Shown here: positions 36,581 through 45,664 of the stretch, piece by piece | Layout of the letters: each line of letters starts with the position of its first letter | How positions within the stretch are numbered: position 1 is the first letter of the stretch | From: an uncultured Candidatus Peribacteria bacterium | GTDB lineage: Bacteria; Patescibacteriota; Gracilibacteria; Peribacterales; Peribacteraceae | DNA length: 64,000 nt | NCBI GenBank assembly: GCA_964506185.1 | Contig: CAZDKL010000004.1 | Span: 179-64,178, forward strand | Direction: 5' to 3' | Program-made: the position numbers and the translations under genes | The notes under the pieces: generated by a model | Seen by the model: the letters and a program-made list of their open reading frames with translations, nothing else | Database searches by the model: none | What the model was told of the DNA's origin: nothing

Positions 36581-37660
36581 TTACTGAATATATAGAAGCG
36601 GATTTTTCTTGATACCCCGTAATCTGACCTCAAAGTGAAGGTGAATCCCCGTTGCGCCATAAACGAGTCCTGTGCGCCCCATCCATGCAATCATTTGTCC
36701 ACGCTTAACAATGTCCCCTTTCTTTACATAAAGCTCCTTGTTGTGCGCATAGAGAGTGATCAGATCATTACCATGATCGACCTCAATCACATTTCCAAAT
36801 CCTCCATTCCATCCATAGCCGGCTCTGATTACCGTACCTGCTTCAGCCGCATAGATGGGGCCTGCTCCTTTCTCCTGCATATCAAGAGCATAGTGTCCTG
36901 CACGATAGTATTGAGTAATGAAACATACATCTGAACACGGTTTTTGCAAAACTCCTGACGTTGGAGTTGGAGTATATTTTTTTGGAGCCTCGTCACGCGT
37001 TGGTTTTGAAGGTTTGATTGGAAGTTTTTCCGGAGGCTGATCTGAAGGTGTGGGTGCAGGAGTGGGCACGGGTGCGGGCTCATCCGGAACAGGCGGTGGA
37101 TCTGCTGTGGCAACTAGCACAGGCTTGCCAACAATTGGAGTTGCACCGGGAATTATCAGTTCCTGACCCGCAAGAATAAATCCTCCTTTGATTTTATTTT
37201 GTGCAACGATCTCTGCTTGCTCAATCCCATAAAGCTCAGAAATTCCTATAAGAGTTTGTCCTCTGCTGACTGTGTGAAGCACGCCATCAACCGGAAGTAT
37301 GAGAAGTTCATCTCCGGGTTGCATCACGCCCGAACCCTCCAAATCATTTGCCCAACGAACTGTGTTGGCCGCTATTCCATAACGATCTGCTAATTTCTCT
37401 ACGCTATCTCCTTCTTTAACCGTATGAAAGATTCCCTCTGCGTATGCGCGTCTGGAACCTTGCTGAGAAATCGATCCTGACTTCATTAGAAATCCTTCTT
37501 CAACCAAAAGAAATTGCGACGTTGCAATCGAAACCTCCTGTGGAGCAAGGGCGGCCTTTGGTACGTATGGAGGAAGAAGTGAACCCAACGCAAAAACAAG
37601 AACGCAAATCAATCGTACACGAACAGAAAGCCAGCGGGCAGTAGGTGAGTAAGAAATCAT
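36581..37660 (-). CDS. LysM-domain M23 family metallopeptidase
   Basis: Two LysM modules (HTVKEGDSVEKLADRYGIAANTVRWAN; HTVSRGQTLIGISELYGIEQAEIVAQN), a Pro-rich linker and the M23 motifs HYALDM...HGNDLITLYAHN...TGIHLHFEV. Confidence 0.9.
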   Translation of the reverse strand: MISYSPTARWLSVRVRLICVLVFALGSLLPPYVPKAALAPQEVSIATSQFLLVEEGFLMKSGSISQQGSRRAYAEGIFHTVKEGDSVEKLADRYGIAANTVRWANDLEGSGVMQPGDELLILPVDGVLHTVSRGQTLIGISELYGIEQAEIVAQNKIKGGFILAGQELIIPGATPIVGKPVLVATADPPPVPDEPAPVPTPAPTPSDQPPEKLPIKPSKPTRDEAPKKYTPTPTSGVLQKPCSDVCFITQYYRAGHYALDMQEKGAGPIYAAEAGTVIRAGYGWNGGFGNVIEVDHGNDLITLYAHNKELYVKKGDIVKRGQMIAWMGRTGLVYGATGIHLHFEVRLRGIKKNPLLYIQ

Positions 37661-37662
37661 AT

Positions 37663-38607
37663 TTATGATACATCAGATTCAAAGTTTGAATCCTTTGTTT
37701 TGTACTTTAATTCAATAATATCCATTATCTTTCGCATATCTATATATCTCTGCGAAGAATACATAAGAACCACAAGAAATGATCTGTCGTTATGTTCAAC
37801 CAAAGACATAAGACACTCTTTCGCAGCATCCGTGGTTCCGGTTTTGCCCGCCGCTATCCTAGCATCATCTTTGGAGAGATCCCCATTTGAAGAACTCGCA
37901 TGCATGAGTGCATGTGTGTGGACAAGATCAATGTAAGTGCCTTGGACGCTTTTTATCCGCGTACCCCGCTTGGACAACCTCGAAATCAATTCCTCATAAC
38001 TCATTGCAAAGGCAGAAAGCCAAGCCATGTCTTGAGGAGTTGTCCATTGCTCGAAACTATCCAGTCCGATTGAGTTTTTGAATCTCGTGTCTTTTAGTCC
38101 CAAAGCCTGCGCACGCGCATTCATTTCCTGAGCGAATTCCTCCACGGTTCCGCTATGAAAAACCGCCAACGTATATGCTGCATCATTTGCAGAATGAATT
38201 AACACTGCAGACAACATATCCTTCACCGTAAAATCTTCTCCGACTGGAAGATACGCGCTGTTACCTTCTATTCGAGCAGCTTTGTAAGGAATGGTTACAA
38301 GTTCATCCAGTTCGTGATTTTCCAAAATTATAATTGCTGTCATTAGTTTTGTTAGACTTGCCATGGGTCGACGCACATCAATTTGTTTTCCATATAACTT
38401 CTGCCCGCTCTTTGCATCCAATATCAAAACGCCTGAAGCAGAAAGTTTGCTATCAATTTCCAAAGGACTAGACGGAGGCGAGATAGCTAAGCTATCTATC
38501 GCAGGAGTCACCTCATCCATAGGCGGCAAAGAAACCGGAACAAGCCCAAACAAAAGCGCTGCGATAATTGAGCGATACATCCGCCATAGGATAGGAGGTG
38601 TGGGCAA
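37663..38607 (-). CDS. D-alanyl-D-alanine carboxypeptidase (PBP5-type serine peptidase S11)
   Basis: SxxK motif MASLTKLMTA, SxN motif HSAND and KTG motif GKTGTT. Confidence 0.88.
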   Translation of the reverse strand: MPTPPILWRMYRSIIAALLFGLVPVSLPPMDEVTPAIDSLAISPPSSPLEIDSKLSASGVLILDAKSGQKLYGKQIDVRRPMASLTKLMTAIIILENHELDELVTIPYKAARIEGNSAYLPVGEDFTVKDMLSAVLIHSANDAAYTLAVFHSGTVEEFAQEMNARAQALGLKDTRFKNSIGLDSFEQWTTPQDMAWLSAFAMSYEELISRLSKRGTRIKSVQGTYIDLVHTHALMHASSSNGDLSKDDARIAAGKTGTTDAAKECLMSLVEHNDRSFLVVLMYSSQRYIDMRKIMDIIELKYKTKDSNFESDVS

Positions 38608-38680
38608 GTTGTTGAAGTGATTATTATGAGTTTTAGTGCAACTAATAACACACTAGTCAAGAATTTAATTTACAAAGGTA

Positions 38681-38749
38681 AAGAATCAGAGGAATCAGAA
38701 GAGTGTAAACAGGTGGCATCCTCTGATTCTTCTGCTTCTTCTGATTCTT
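38681..38749. repeat. Simple-repeat hairpin between the carboxypeptidase and ftsQ-like genes
   Basis: aagaatcagaggaatcagaagag ... cctctgattcttctgcttcttctgattctt. Confidence 0.8.
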
Positions 38750-38758
38750 CTGCCTCCT

Positions 38759-39673
38759 TTATTTATAAACCACCCTATCAGACACCCTCAGATCTATATA
38801 TTCCTTAACTTCTTCTACATTGACACCTTTCAAGAATGTTCGATAGCGTAGCAATTGCTCGTCCAAAGGCGACACCATGTCGAACCAAATGTCGATCCCC
38901 TTATCTAGATGCAAATGATATTCCTGTCCACGTATATAGACTGTCCTGCCCAAAATCGAATGACCGAATTGTTCCGACAATGCCTTTTCGGTTTCCGACA
39001 TTCTTTCAAGTAATTTTGGTCTAACAAGCACATCTCCTTCGATGGGACGAACTCCCCAATCCACAATACCAATAGCAGGCAATGATTTTGAATCTTCAGG
39101 CAACGGAACAATTACATACACTCCTTCGTCGGTTAAGTAATCAACCGTCGCTCCTGTTGAAGTTAAATCAAATTCTTGATCAGGATCTATAATTCTTAAG
39201 CGAGCTATTAGAGGATCTAATTTTATATATACACTTAATTCAGATGGATAACGTTTTGCAATCTTTATTTCTTTCAAATCTTTAATGGCATCATTTAGAG
39301 TGTTTTCAACTTCATGAGTAGGCAAAAAGAAAAGATGTTTCCCAAAATAAGGTGCCAAAATTTTCTGGACTTCTTCAATATCCAATCTCGAATCGAAGCG
39401 CACAACTTTCACTTCTCTTACTTGAATCAATGGTGAAAATACTAATAATCCAAATCCAAGAAGCAGAAGACCGAACAAGGCGATCAATATCCACCACATG
39501 CAAGATCGCCACCAGGACTTAATGGCCCTTTGGCCTCTGCGCTCAAATTTGTGCATGAAATCTTTCCATCTGTTCTTTTTATGCCTCTTTTTATGCTTCT
39601 TCACCAAACGCTTTGTCATTGGAGTAACGGGCCGGTTGTAGCGCTTTGGCAATCTTCGAGGAGGCTTGAGCAT
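38759..39673 (-). CDS. ftsQ: FtsQ/DivIB-like cell-division protein
   Basis: Basic N-terminus, a single TM helix (MWWILIALFGLLLLGFGLLVF), then a POTRA-like IQVREVKVVRFDSRLDIEEVQKILAPYFGKHLFF. ATG 39673 is preferred over GTG 39706, which lies in a hairpin arm. Confidence 0.7.
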   Translation of the reverse strand: MLKPPRRLPKRYNRPVTPMTKRLVKKHKKRHKKNRWKDFMHKFERRGQRAIKSWWRSCMWWILIALFGLLLLGFGLLVFSPLIQVREVKVVRFDSRLDIEEVQKILAPYFGKHLFFLPTHEVENTLNDAIKDLKEIKIAKRYPSELSVYIKLDPLIARLRIIDPDQEFDLTSTGATVDYLTDEGVYVIVPLPEDSKSLPAIGIVDWGVRPIEGDVLVRPKLLERMSETEKALSEQFGHSILGRTVYIRGQEYHLHLDKGIDIWFDMVSPLDEQLLRYRTFLKGVNVEEVKEYIDLRVSDRVVYK

Positions 39674-39698
39674 GCAGCTATCATAGCCAATCTGCCTG

Positions 39699-39763
39699 CT
39701 ACCCACTACTCACTACACACTATTTCAAGATCTTGAGTAAGTGAGTAGTGGGTAGTGAGTAGT
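39699..39763. repeat. Simple-repeat hairpin between divergent ftsQ-like and GT4 genes
   Basis: ctacccactactcactacacactatttcaaga / tcttgagtaagtgagtagtgggtag. It belongs to the same agtgagtag word family as 1853-1912 and 17752-17835. Confidence 0.8.
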
Positions 39764-39781
39764 AATAGTACACTCTAACTA

Positions 39782-40930
39782 ATGAAACTAGCCATTGTTG
39801 CAGATTGGTTACCGCTATACGCAGGCGCTGAGCATGTAATTGCTGAGTTTCACAAGCTTTGGCCTGATGCCCCAATATTCACCACAGTTGCAAATCATGG
39901 AAACTTAGGTCCATTGAATGGAGCTGACATAAGAACCGGTCGTTTGCAGAAATGGTACAAGCTCCTCGGCAAACATCACAGATGCCTCCTTCCTCTTATG
40001 CCGCGCGAGATGGAGAGGATTGATCTTGATGAGTATGACGTGATCCTCAGTTCTTCACACGCAATCGGAAAGGGGATTATTCCTCCAAGCAATGCAAAAC
40101 ACATTTGTTACTGCCACACTCCAATGAGGTATGCATGGGAAATGGAAAAAAAGTATTTGGAAGATTCGAATATTCCAAAGTTCTTTTGGAAAAGAATCGG
40201 AAGAAAATTAAATGAAATTAGAAGGTGGGATATGACAACTGCAAAGAGAGTCGATTTATTTATTGCTAACTCATCTACAGTTGCTAACCGTATCAAGAAA
40301 ATTTACAACCGCGATGCAACTGTCATCTTGCCTCCGGTGTCAGATAGGTTTTTTGATAATTCCAACTTAAGGGAACCGGGAACCGGGAACCGGGAACCGG
40401 GATACAGTAATACTAAAATCCCCGATCCCCGATCCCCGATCCCCGATCCCCCATATCTTGCCCTCGGCCGCCTCGTCCCCTACAAACGTTTTGACTTGCT
40501 AATTGAATGTGCAAACAAATATCAACTCCCAATTAAGATAGCAGGCAAAGGTCCGGACGAATCCAGACTGAAGAACTTGGCAGGGCCAACTGTTGAATTC
40601 CTGGGTTACGTTCCTGATGAAAAGTTGCCCGAAATTTTCGCGAATTCAAAAGCGCTTCTTTATCCACAGGAAGAAGATGCGGGCATTGCACCACTTGAAG
40701 CGCAGTCGCAGGGAACTCCCGTAATTGCATTTAAGAAAGGTGGGGCCTTGGATACTGTTGAGGAAAATGTTTCGGGAATATTCTTTAATGAACAATCAGT
40801 TGAATCTTTGAAGGAGGCTATTGATCGATTTGAAGGAATGAATTTTGATTCTGAAGTAATCGGAAAAAGAGCCGAGAATTACAGAGCGGAGAGGTTTAGA
40901 GACAAGATTGAGGAAGTTGTAAGTTTATGA
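39782..40930 (+). CDS. GT4-family (GT-B) glycosyltransferase carrying an in-frame repeat insertion
   Basis: N-terminus MKLAIVADWLPLYAGAEHV. C-terminal EX7E-type region (LLYPQEEDAGIAPLEAQSQGTPVIAFKKGGALDTVEE). Confidence 0.85.
   Translation: MKLAIVADWLPLYAGAEHVIAEFHKLWPDAPIFTTVANHGNLGPLNGADIRTGRLQKWYKLLGKHHRCLLPLMPREMERIDLDEYDVILSSSHAIGKGIIPPSNAKHICYCHTPMRYAWEMEKKYLEDSNIPKFFWKRIGRKLNEIRRWDMTTAKRVDLFIANSSTVANRIKKIYNRDATVILPPVSDRFFDNSNLREPGTGNREPGYSNTKIPDPRSPIPDPPYLALGRLVPYKRFDLLIECANKYQLPIKIAGKGPDESRLKNLAGPTVEFLGYVPDEKLPEIFANSKALLYPQEEDAGIAPLEAQSQGTPVIAFKKGGALDTVEENVSGIFFNEQSVESLKEAIDRFEGMNFDSEVIGKRAENYRAERFRDKIEEVVSL
40371..40451. repeat. Paired 7-nt tandem arrays (GGGAACC)x4 and (CCCCGAT)x4 inside the GT4 CDS
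   Basis: gggaaccgggaaccgggaaccgggaaccggga, a 16-nt spacer, then tccccgatccccgatccccgatccccgatccccc. The arms are partially complementary. The segment is translated as REPGTGNREPGYSNTKIPDPRSPIPDPP. Confidence 0.85.
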
Positions 40931-40988
40931 TTGGACAATTACTAATTCTTCATTATTAATTATTTATTTTGCCCTATCATTTCCTCCT

Positions 40989-41771
40989 ATGAAACGCTCA
41001 CCTGACTCCCATAAAGGCGAAAACGGTAAAGTTGCCATAATCGGCGGATCCCGCCACATGCATGGTGCTCCATTGCTATGCGCTCTTGCAGCTGAACGAA
41101 GTGGAGCTGACTTGGTTTATCTGTCTCTCCCCGACTGGCATGAGAATGTTGCAAAAGATACATCTCTGAATTTTCAGGTTTATCCATTCCAAATGGATGA
41201 CCTTCAACCGCATGACGTTGAGATTGTTTTGGCATTACTCGCAACAATGGACTCTGCCGCCCTTGGGCCCGGTATTGATCGCGGTAATGAAGACAGTAAA
41301 AAAGCTTTGATTGAAATTATCGAAGGTGCAAGTTGCACACTTGTGCTGGATGCTGCTGCATTGCAACCAGAAACTCTTAAGGCTGTAAAAGGTAAAACTG
41401 CAGTCCTCACTCCTCATTTGGGCGAACTGGAGAGAATGGAAGTTAAAGAAAAAGAATTGGAGAAAGCCGCAAAAGATTCAGGCGCTGTGATTGTTCTTAA
41501 GGGACCGGAGGATCGAGTTGTCGGACCTGACGGCAAGTCAGAAGTTATTAAGGGAGGAAACGCGGGGCTGACAGTTGGAGGAACAGGGGACATACTTGCA
41601 GGACTTATCGCAGGACTGATCGCACAAAAGATGGAGCCATTTGATGCAAGCGTACTTGCAACTAAAATTATTAAGAAGGCCGGTGAAGAGCTTGAGGAGG
41701 ATGATGGATATGCGTATAGAGCTAAGGACGTAGTTAAAGAAATTCCCGAATTAATTAAAGAGATGTCATGA
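40989..41771 (+). CDS. nnrD: ADP-dependent NAD(P)H-hydrate dehydratase (YjeF C-terminal type)
   Basis: HKGENGKVAIIGGS..M.GAPLL.ALAA.RSGADLVY, LTPH.GE and GGNAGLTVGGTGDILAGLIAG. Confidence 0.85.
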   Translation: MKRSPDSHKGENGKVAIIGGSRHMHGAPLLCALAAERSGADLVYLSLPDWHENVAKDTSLNFQVYPFQMDDLQPHDVEIVLALLATMDSAALGPGIDRGNEDSKKALIEIIEGASCTLVLDAAALQPETLKAVKGKTAVLTPHLGELERMEVKEKELEKAAKDSGAVIVLKGPEDRVVGPDGKSEVIKGGNAGLTVGGTGDILAGLIAGLIAQKMEPFDASVLATKIIKKAGEELEEDDGYAYRAKDVVKEIPELIKEMS

Positions 41772-42412
41772 TCGAAGATCCATTTTCAATTCTGATTCCA
41801 TTTAAGGACAAGTTATCGGTTACTCTTTTTACCAAGGAAGACAACATTACAAGCGATGACCAGATTGGAGATAATGTCGCAAGTTTGTGGCAAGTTCATG
41901 GCAACAAAACAATTAAAGTTAATTCCCCTACCTCGCGAACTGAGCAAGCTGATGGTCTTGTAACTGATAAGAAGAATCTGACCCTGAGCATACGCATGGC
42001 CGATTGTCAGCCGTTAATTGCTTACGATCCTGAATCGAACATAGTTGGATTAGTTCACGTAGGCTGGCGTGGCCTTGTTGCTGGTGCAATACCTGAGTTT
42101 TTCAAGATAATGAATCCCGCAAGTTCTTACGTGTGCATCGGACCTTCCCTGTGTCAGAAGTGTGCAATCTTTTCTGATCCTAAGAATGAATTGCCTAATG
42201 TAGACTCTAAGTTTGTTGACGAGGCAAACTCAGTTGATTTGATGGGGGCAGCTGATGAGCAGTTATCTGAACTTGGAGTATCCGAGGATCGTATTGAAAG
42301 AATAACTGCATGCACCAGTTGCAATCCGGATAAGTACTGGGCGTATCGCGGAGGAGATAAGGAGGCTGTTAAAAACGGACACACTAATGTGCTCAGTTGT
42401 TATTTGAAATAG
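41768..42412 (+). CDS. YfiH/PgeF-family (DUF152, laccase-domain) protein
   Basis: QVHGNK, ADGLVTD, MADCQPL, VHVGWRG and a C-terminal CT.C......YRG form the typical YfiH pattern. Confidence 0.8.
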   Translation: MIEDPFSILIPFKDKLSVTLFTKEDNITSDDQIGDNVASLWQVHGNKTIKVNSPTSRTEQADGLVTDKKNLTLSIRMADCQPLIAYDPESNIVGLVHVGWRGLVAGAIPEFFKIMNPASSYVCIGPSLCQKCAIFSDPKNELPNVDSKFVDEANSVDLMGAADEQLSELGVSEDRIERITACTSCNPDKYWAYRGGDKEAVKNGHTNVLSCYLK

Positions 42413-42610
42413 TCCAAACGACCGTTGAGCAGGGACGCTTTACTCCTGGTTGTTTCCAGGTGGGTGGCCGCATCCTCGGACCACGGTCCTCGGAGAGTTA
42501 GCCTCCCGTAATGCGCGTTGAGGATAAACGTATACTGCCCTGACGAGTCGCTGAGACGAGATGATGATAGCACAGATTATTAAATATCTGATTTTTGAAA
42601 CTTGGATATA

Positions 42611-42703
42611 GTTAAAAGTGAATAGTTAAAAGTGAAAAGTGCTATTGTAAAAATCTCAAAAAGACTAGAATTAACTTTTCACTTTTCACTCTTAACTTTT
42701 AAC
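42611..42703. repeat. Simple-repeat hairpin immediately upstream of the dGTPase-like gene
   Basis: gttaaaagtgaatagttaaaagtgaaaagtg ... aacttttcacttttcactcttaacttttaac. It shares the word agttaaaagtga with 8951-8976. Confidence 0.8.
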
Positions 42704-42704
42704 T

Positions 42705-43793
42705 TTGTTAGACCTTCAAAAACGTCTCCAGGCAGCAAATTCTCTCCTGACCTCATATGCCATTCCGCATCAAGGACTACTTGGTAGAACTGCGGATGAG
42801 CCCGACGATGAAACTCGCTTTCCTTTTCAGCGCGATCGCGATCGACTGATTCATACCAGAGCTTTTCGTAGGCTGAAGGGGAAAACTCAGGTTTTCGTTG
42901 CAGGGCATGGAGATCATGTAAGGACGAGGCTGACACATACAATGGAAGTTGTTCAGATAAGCCGTGACATAGCACGGACTCTGAGTCTCAATGAAGATCT
43001 TACTGAATGCATAGCAATCGCTCATGATCTTGGTCACCCACCATTTGGCCACGCTGGCGAAGATGCTTTGGATGATTGGATGAAAAGTTTCGGAGGAAGA
43101 TTTGAGCATAATGAGCAATCGCATAGAATTGTTACGTTACTTGAGTCGCATTCTTCGCTTGCCCAAGGGCTAAACCTTAATCAGGAAATATTGGAAGGCC
43201 TACTTAAGCATACAACTCCGCATGACCTTCCTCGGGCAATTGTGTCTAAGTCGCCCACACTGGAAGCACAAGTTGTGAACCTGGCTGACGAAATTGCATA
43301 CACTGGACACGACTGTGAGGACGGGATGCGAGCCGGACTCTTTACTCTTGAAGAGATACTTGCAGTGCCATTAGCTAAGAATGCTCATGACCTTACTGTC
43401 GAGCGTGGCACCTCATTGCGCGGATCTATTATTAACATTTGTGTAATGGACCTGTATAAAGCAACTTCTGAGGAACTTGCGTCACAGCGTATTAACACAG
43501 TTGAAGATGTAGACAAAGCTGTTACCCCTCTAGTACATTTGACTGTATCGATACGTGAAGACTTAGATGAGCTTAGGAGGTTCTTATCTGAACGTATGTA
43601 CTTCTGCCCACAGGTAAGAACCAAGAGCGAAGAGGGCAAGAAGCTAATTACTTCGCTTTGTAATGGGCTAAAGTCGAAGCCTTCTAACAAGGTTCTGGCT
43701 ATTCAAAAGAAAACTGACTCCAGTTTAGAAGAAGCAGTAAAAGACTTCGTCGCAGGAATGACTGATAGATTCGCTATGGAACAATTAAAATAA
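42705..43793 (+). CDS. dgt: dGTP triphosphohydrolase-like HD-domain protein
   Basis: FQRDRDRLIHTRAFRRLKGKTQVF...HVRTRLTHTMEV.QI.R, HDLGHPPFGH and ADEIAYTGHD.EDG. Confidence 0.88.
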   Translation: MLDLQKRLQAANSLLTSYAIPHQGLLGRTADEPDDETRFPFQRDRDRLIHTRAFRRLKGKTQVFVAGHGDHVRTRLTHTMEVVQISRDIARTLSLNEDLTECIAIAHDLGHPPFGHAGEDALDDWMKSFGGRFEHNEQSHRIVTLLESHSSLAQGLNLNQEILEGLLKHTTPHDLPRAIVSKSPTLEAQVVNLADEIAYTGHDCEDGMRAGLFTLEEILAVPLAKNAHDLTVERGTSLRGSIINICVMDLYKATSEELASQRINTVEDVDKAVTPLVHLTVSIREDLDELRRFLSERMYFCPQVRTKSEEGKKLITSLCNGLKSKPSNKVLAIQKKTDSSLEEAVKDFVAGMTDRFAMEQLK

Positions 43794-43821
43794 AGCTAGT
43801 CTTTATTAGCTAGCAAATTCC

Positions 43822-43909
43822 AAATACGAAATCCGAAACAAGCACGAAATTCGAACTAACAAACAGTTTCGGATTTTAGAATTTCTTATTTCGGATTTGT
43901 TTCGTATTT
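43822..43909. terminator. Bidirectional simple-repeat hairpin between convergent dgt and M23 peptidase genes
   Basis: aaatacgaaatccgaaacaagcacgaaattcgaa ... tttcggattttagaatttcttatttcggatttgtttcgtattt. Confidence 0.65.
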
Positions 43910-43921
43910 CGAGCTTCGCAT

Positions 43922-44761
43922 TTAATATTCCGGAAGAAACTTCAATGGATCAACATGCACCCCTCCTCTTATAACTTCTAAATGCAGATGCGGACCGGTT
44001 GAAAGCGGGCCTGCACCTCTTGAGCCCGGACGTCCTCCACTGAGCGCAATGGTGTCACCACGATGTACAACTTGACCTTGTTGTACCAAGAACTCACTCA
44101 CGTGACCATAAAGAGTTGCTCCACCGGGATGTGAGATGATGATGTACTGGTAACCGCTATCTCCCTCATATAAAACTTCAACTATTCCTTCGGCCGCTGA
44201 TCGCACCTCTGAATTTTGGAGAACAGGAATATCAACTGCTTCATGTACCAATCCAAATCTCTTCTTATACTCTTCGTCATGGAAGAGGGCTGAGATTCCT
44301 TCCGAAGGCTCCAAAGGCCAACTGAGTCTGAGCGGAACACTTGGATCTCCACTTGCAGCAAGAGCTCGGATCTCAGCTGCCTTAATTTCAAATAATGCAG
44401 TTCTTATATACTCTTCGGAAACTCTTCGATCCTCTAATAGATTTAGAAGCTTGGTCCTAGCATCTTGCCATTCTCTTTGCTGTGCTTCTGACCAGTCTTG
44501 ACCGTATGTTGCTTTTTCATTTTCAAGAACATCTAACTGATATCTAAGAATCTCTTCCCTTCTTTCCAAAACTGCAATTTCTTGACGCTCGCGTTGTATA
44601 GTTGATTCAGCATGCTGAACTGATGCATTGAATGGGCCTCCCACAGATAATTTACCTGAGTTGACCATTACTTGAAGTCCAACGAATAAGCCAACTGTTC
44701 CGCCAATTATTGCAAGTACTCTAAGGGGCTTATGAATATGGATGTTTATCTCAAGCATCAA
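43922..44761 (-). CDS. M23 family peptidase with an N-terminal TM helix and coiled coil (EnvC-like)
   Basis: HEAVDI...HPGGATLYGHV...GPHLHLEV, preceded by a coiled coil. Confidence 0.85.
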   Translation of the reverse strand: MMLEINIHIHKPLRVLAIIGGTVGLFVGLQVMVNSGKLSVGGPFNASVQHAESTIQRERQEIAVLERREEILRYQLDVLENEKATYGQDWSEAQQREWQDARTKLLNLLEDRRVSEEYIRTALFEIKAAEIRALAASGDPSVPLRLSWPLEPSEGISALFHDEEYKKRFGLVHEAVDIPVLQNSEVRSAAEGIVEVLYEGDSGYQYIIISHPGGATLYGHVSEFLVQQGQVVHRGDTIALSGGRPGSRGAGPLSTGPHLHLEVIRGGVHVDPLKFLPEY

Positions 44762-44813
44762 GAAATTATAGCAGATTATCAGGATTATTGCTATTGGCGC
44801 AGACTGAGGTTTT

Positions 44814-44885
44814 AGGTCAAGTAAGTAAGGTATGTCATGTACGTTGCCTACCTAACTTACAATACGTACATGACCTACCTGACCT
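44814..44885. repeat. Simple-repeat hairpin between two minus-strand genes
   Basis: aggtcaagtaagtaaggtatgtcatgtacgt ... acgtacatgacctacctgacct. Confidence 0.8.
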
Positions 44886-44890
44886 AATAA

Positions 44891-45664
44891 TTAGTTTGGA
44901 CAAAACTTAGCCACAAACTCGTCAACTAGCTTTTCAAATATCTCATGAAATTCATCAACCCTTTCAGGAATCGGGTCGAATGAGTTGTTTTTGATATAAA
45001 GCCCTTGGTTTATTTCGATCTGGATGCCCGGGACAAGGAATGGAGGAATCCTGCGCCTATGGCAGTGGTGTCCCAGAATATATTTGCCTGAGTAGGGGAA
45101 GTTGACTTCGACTGAGTATCCGCGGTTTTTGAAGAAGTCGCGGAAGAATACTGTTCTATCGCGTGAGCATGACGTGTAGTTCCCGTTTCCGATATTGATA
45201 TCCGGACGGTCTTTTCCACTGTCTTTTTTTAAGCTTGGACCAACTGACAGGAATGAATGTCCGTCTATCAAAAACTTTGCATGAGGAATTACTTCATCAA
45301 TCTTTTCATGATACGGATCGTGATACTTTTTGATTAATGCATCGACAACTTCCTGCGAAGGCTCTTCCTTATAAACATTTTTTTCATCCCAAGTCGTATG
45401 AACCGTTACTCCTTCCGCCGCTTGCTTGTACTCGGTTGAAATATCATCCGGCGCGCGATTTACATCGACAATCACGCGGGAAGTATCGCACTTAACCGTA
45501 TAAACATTTCCAATGGAAAATATCTGATCTGTATATAGATCCGTGTAACCCAGAAGATCTTCTTCACTCAGCTGAATATAATCCTTTACCTCCTCCGGAA
45601 TTTTATTCGAGGCGTGCGGTATCGAGACCAGAATTGGCCGGATTTCAGAACCTGAATCAACCAT
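44891..45664 (-). CDS. N-formylglutamate amidohydrolase-family (FGase) protein
   Basis: LVSIPHASNKIPEE, VIVDVNR and IDGHSF form the FGase family pattern (from memory). Confidence 0.65.
   Translation of the reverse strand: MVDSGSEIRPILVSIPHASNKIPEEVKDYIQLSEEDLLGYTDLYTDQIFSIGNVYTVKCDTSRVIVDVNRAPDDISTEYKQAAEGVTVHTTWDEKNVYKEEPSQEVVDALIKKYHDPYHEKIDEVIPHAKFLIDGHSFLSVGPSLKKDSGKDRPDINIGNGNYTSCSRDRTVFFRDFFKNRGYSVEVNFPYSGKYILGHHCHRRRIPPFLVPGIQIEINQGLYIKNNSFDPIPERVDEFHEIFEKLVDEFVAKFCPN

Noticed and set aside
38617-38808. 63-aa plus-strand ORF with SDSSASSDSSAS repeats
   Set aside because: It is encoded by the hairpin repeat between two minus-strand genes and overlaps the ftsQ-like stop codon region. 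It is a low-complexity artefact.
42679-43124. Antisense ORFs 42679..42975 and 42777..43124
   Set aside because: They overlap the well-supported dgt CDS on the opposite strand, and no motifs were recognised.
42705-43793. dGTPase-like gene as an anti-phage nucleotide-depletion defence gene
   Set aside because: It lies in a run of housekeeping genes with typical composition and has no mobile or defence neighbours. It is most simply a housekeeping dGTP triphosphohydrolase-like protein, and sequence alone cannot distinguish the two roles.
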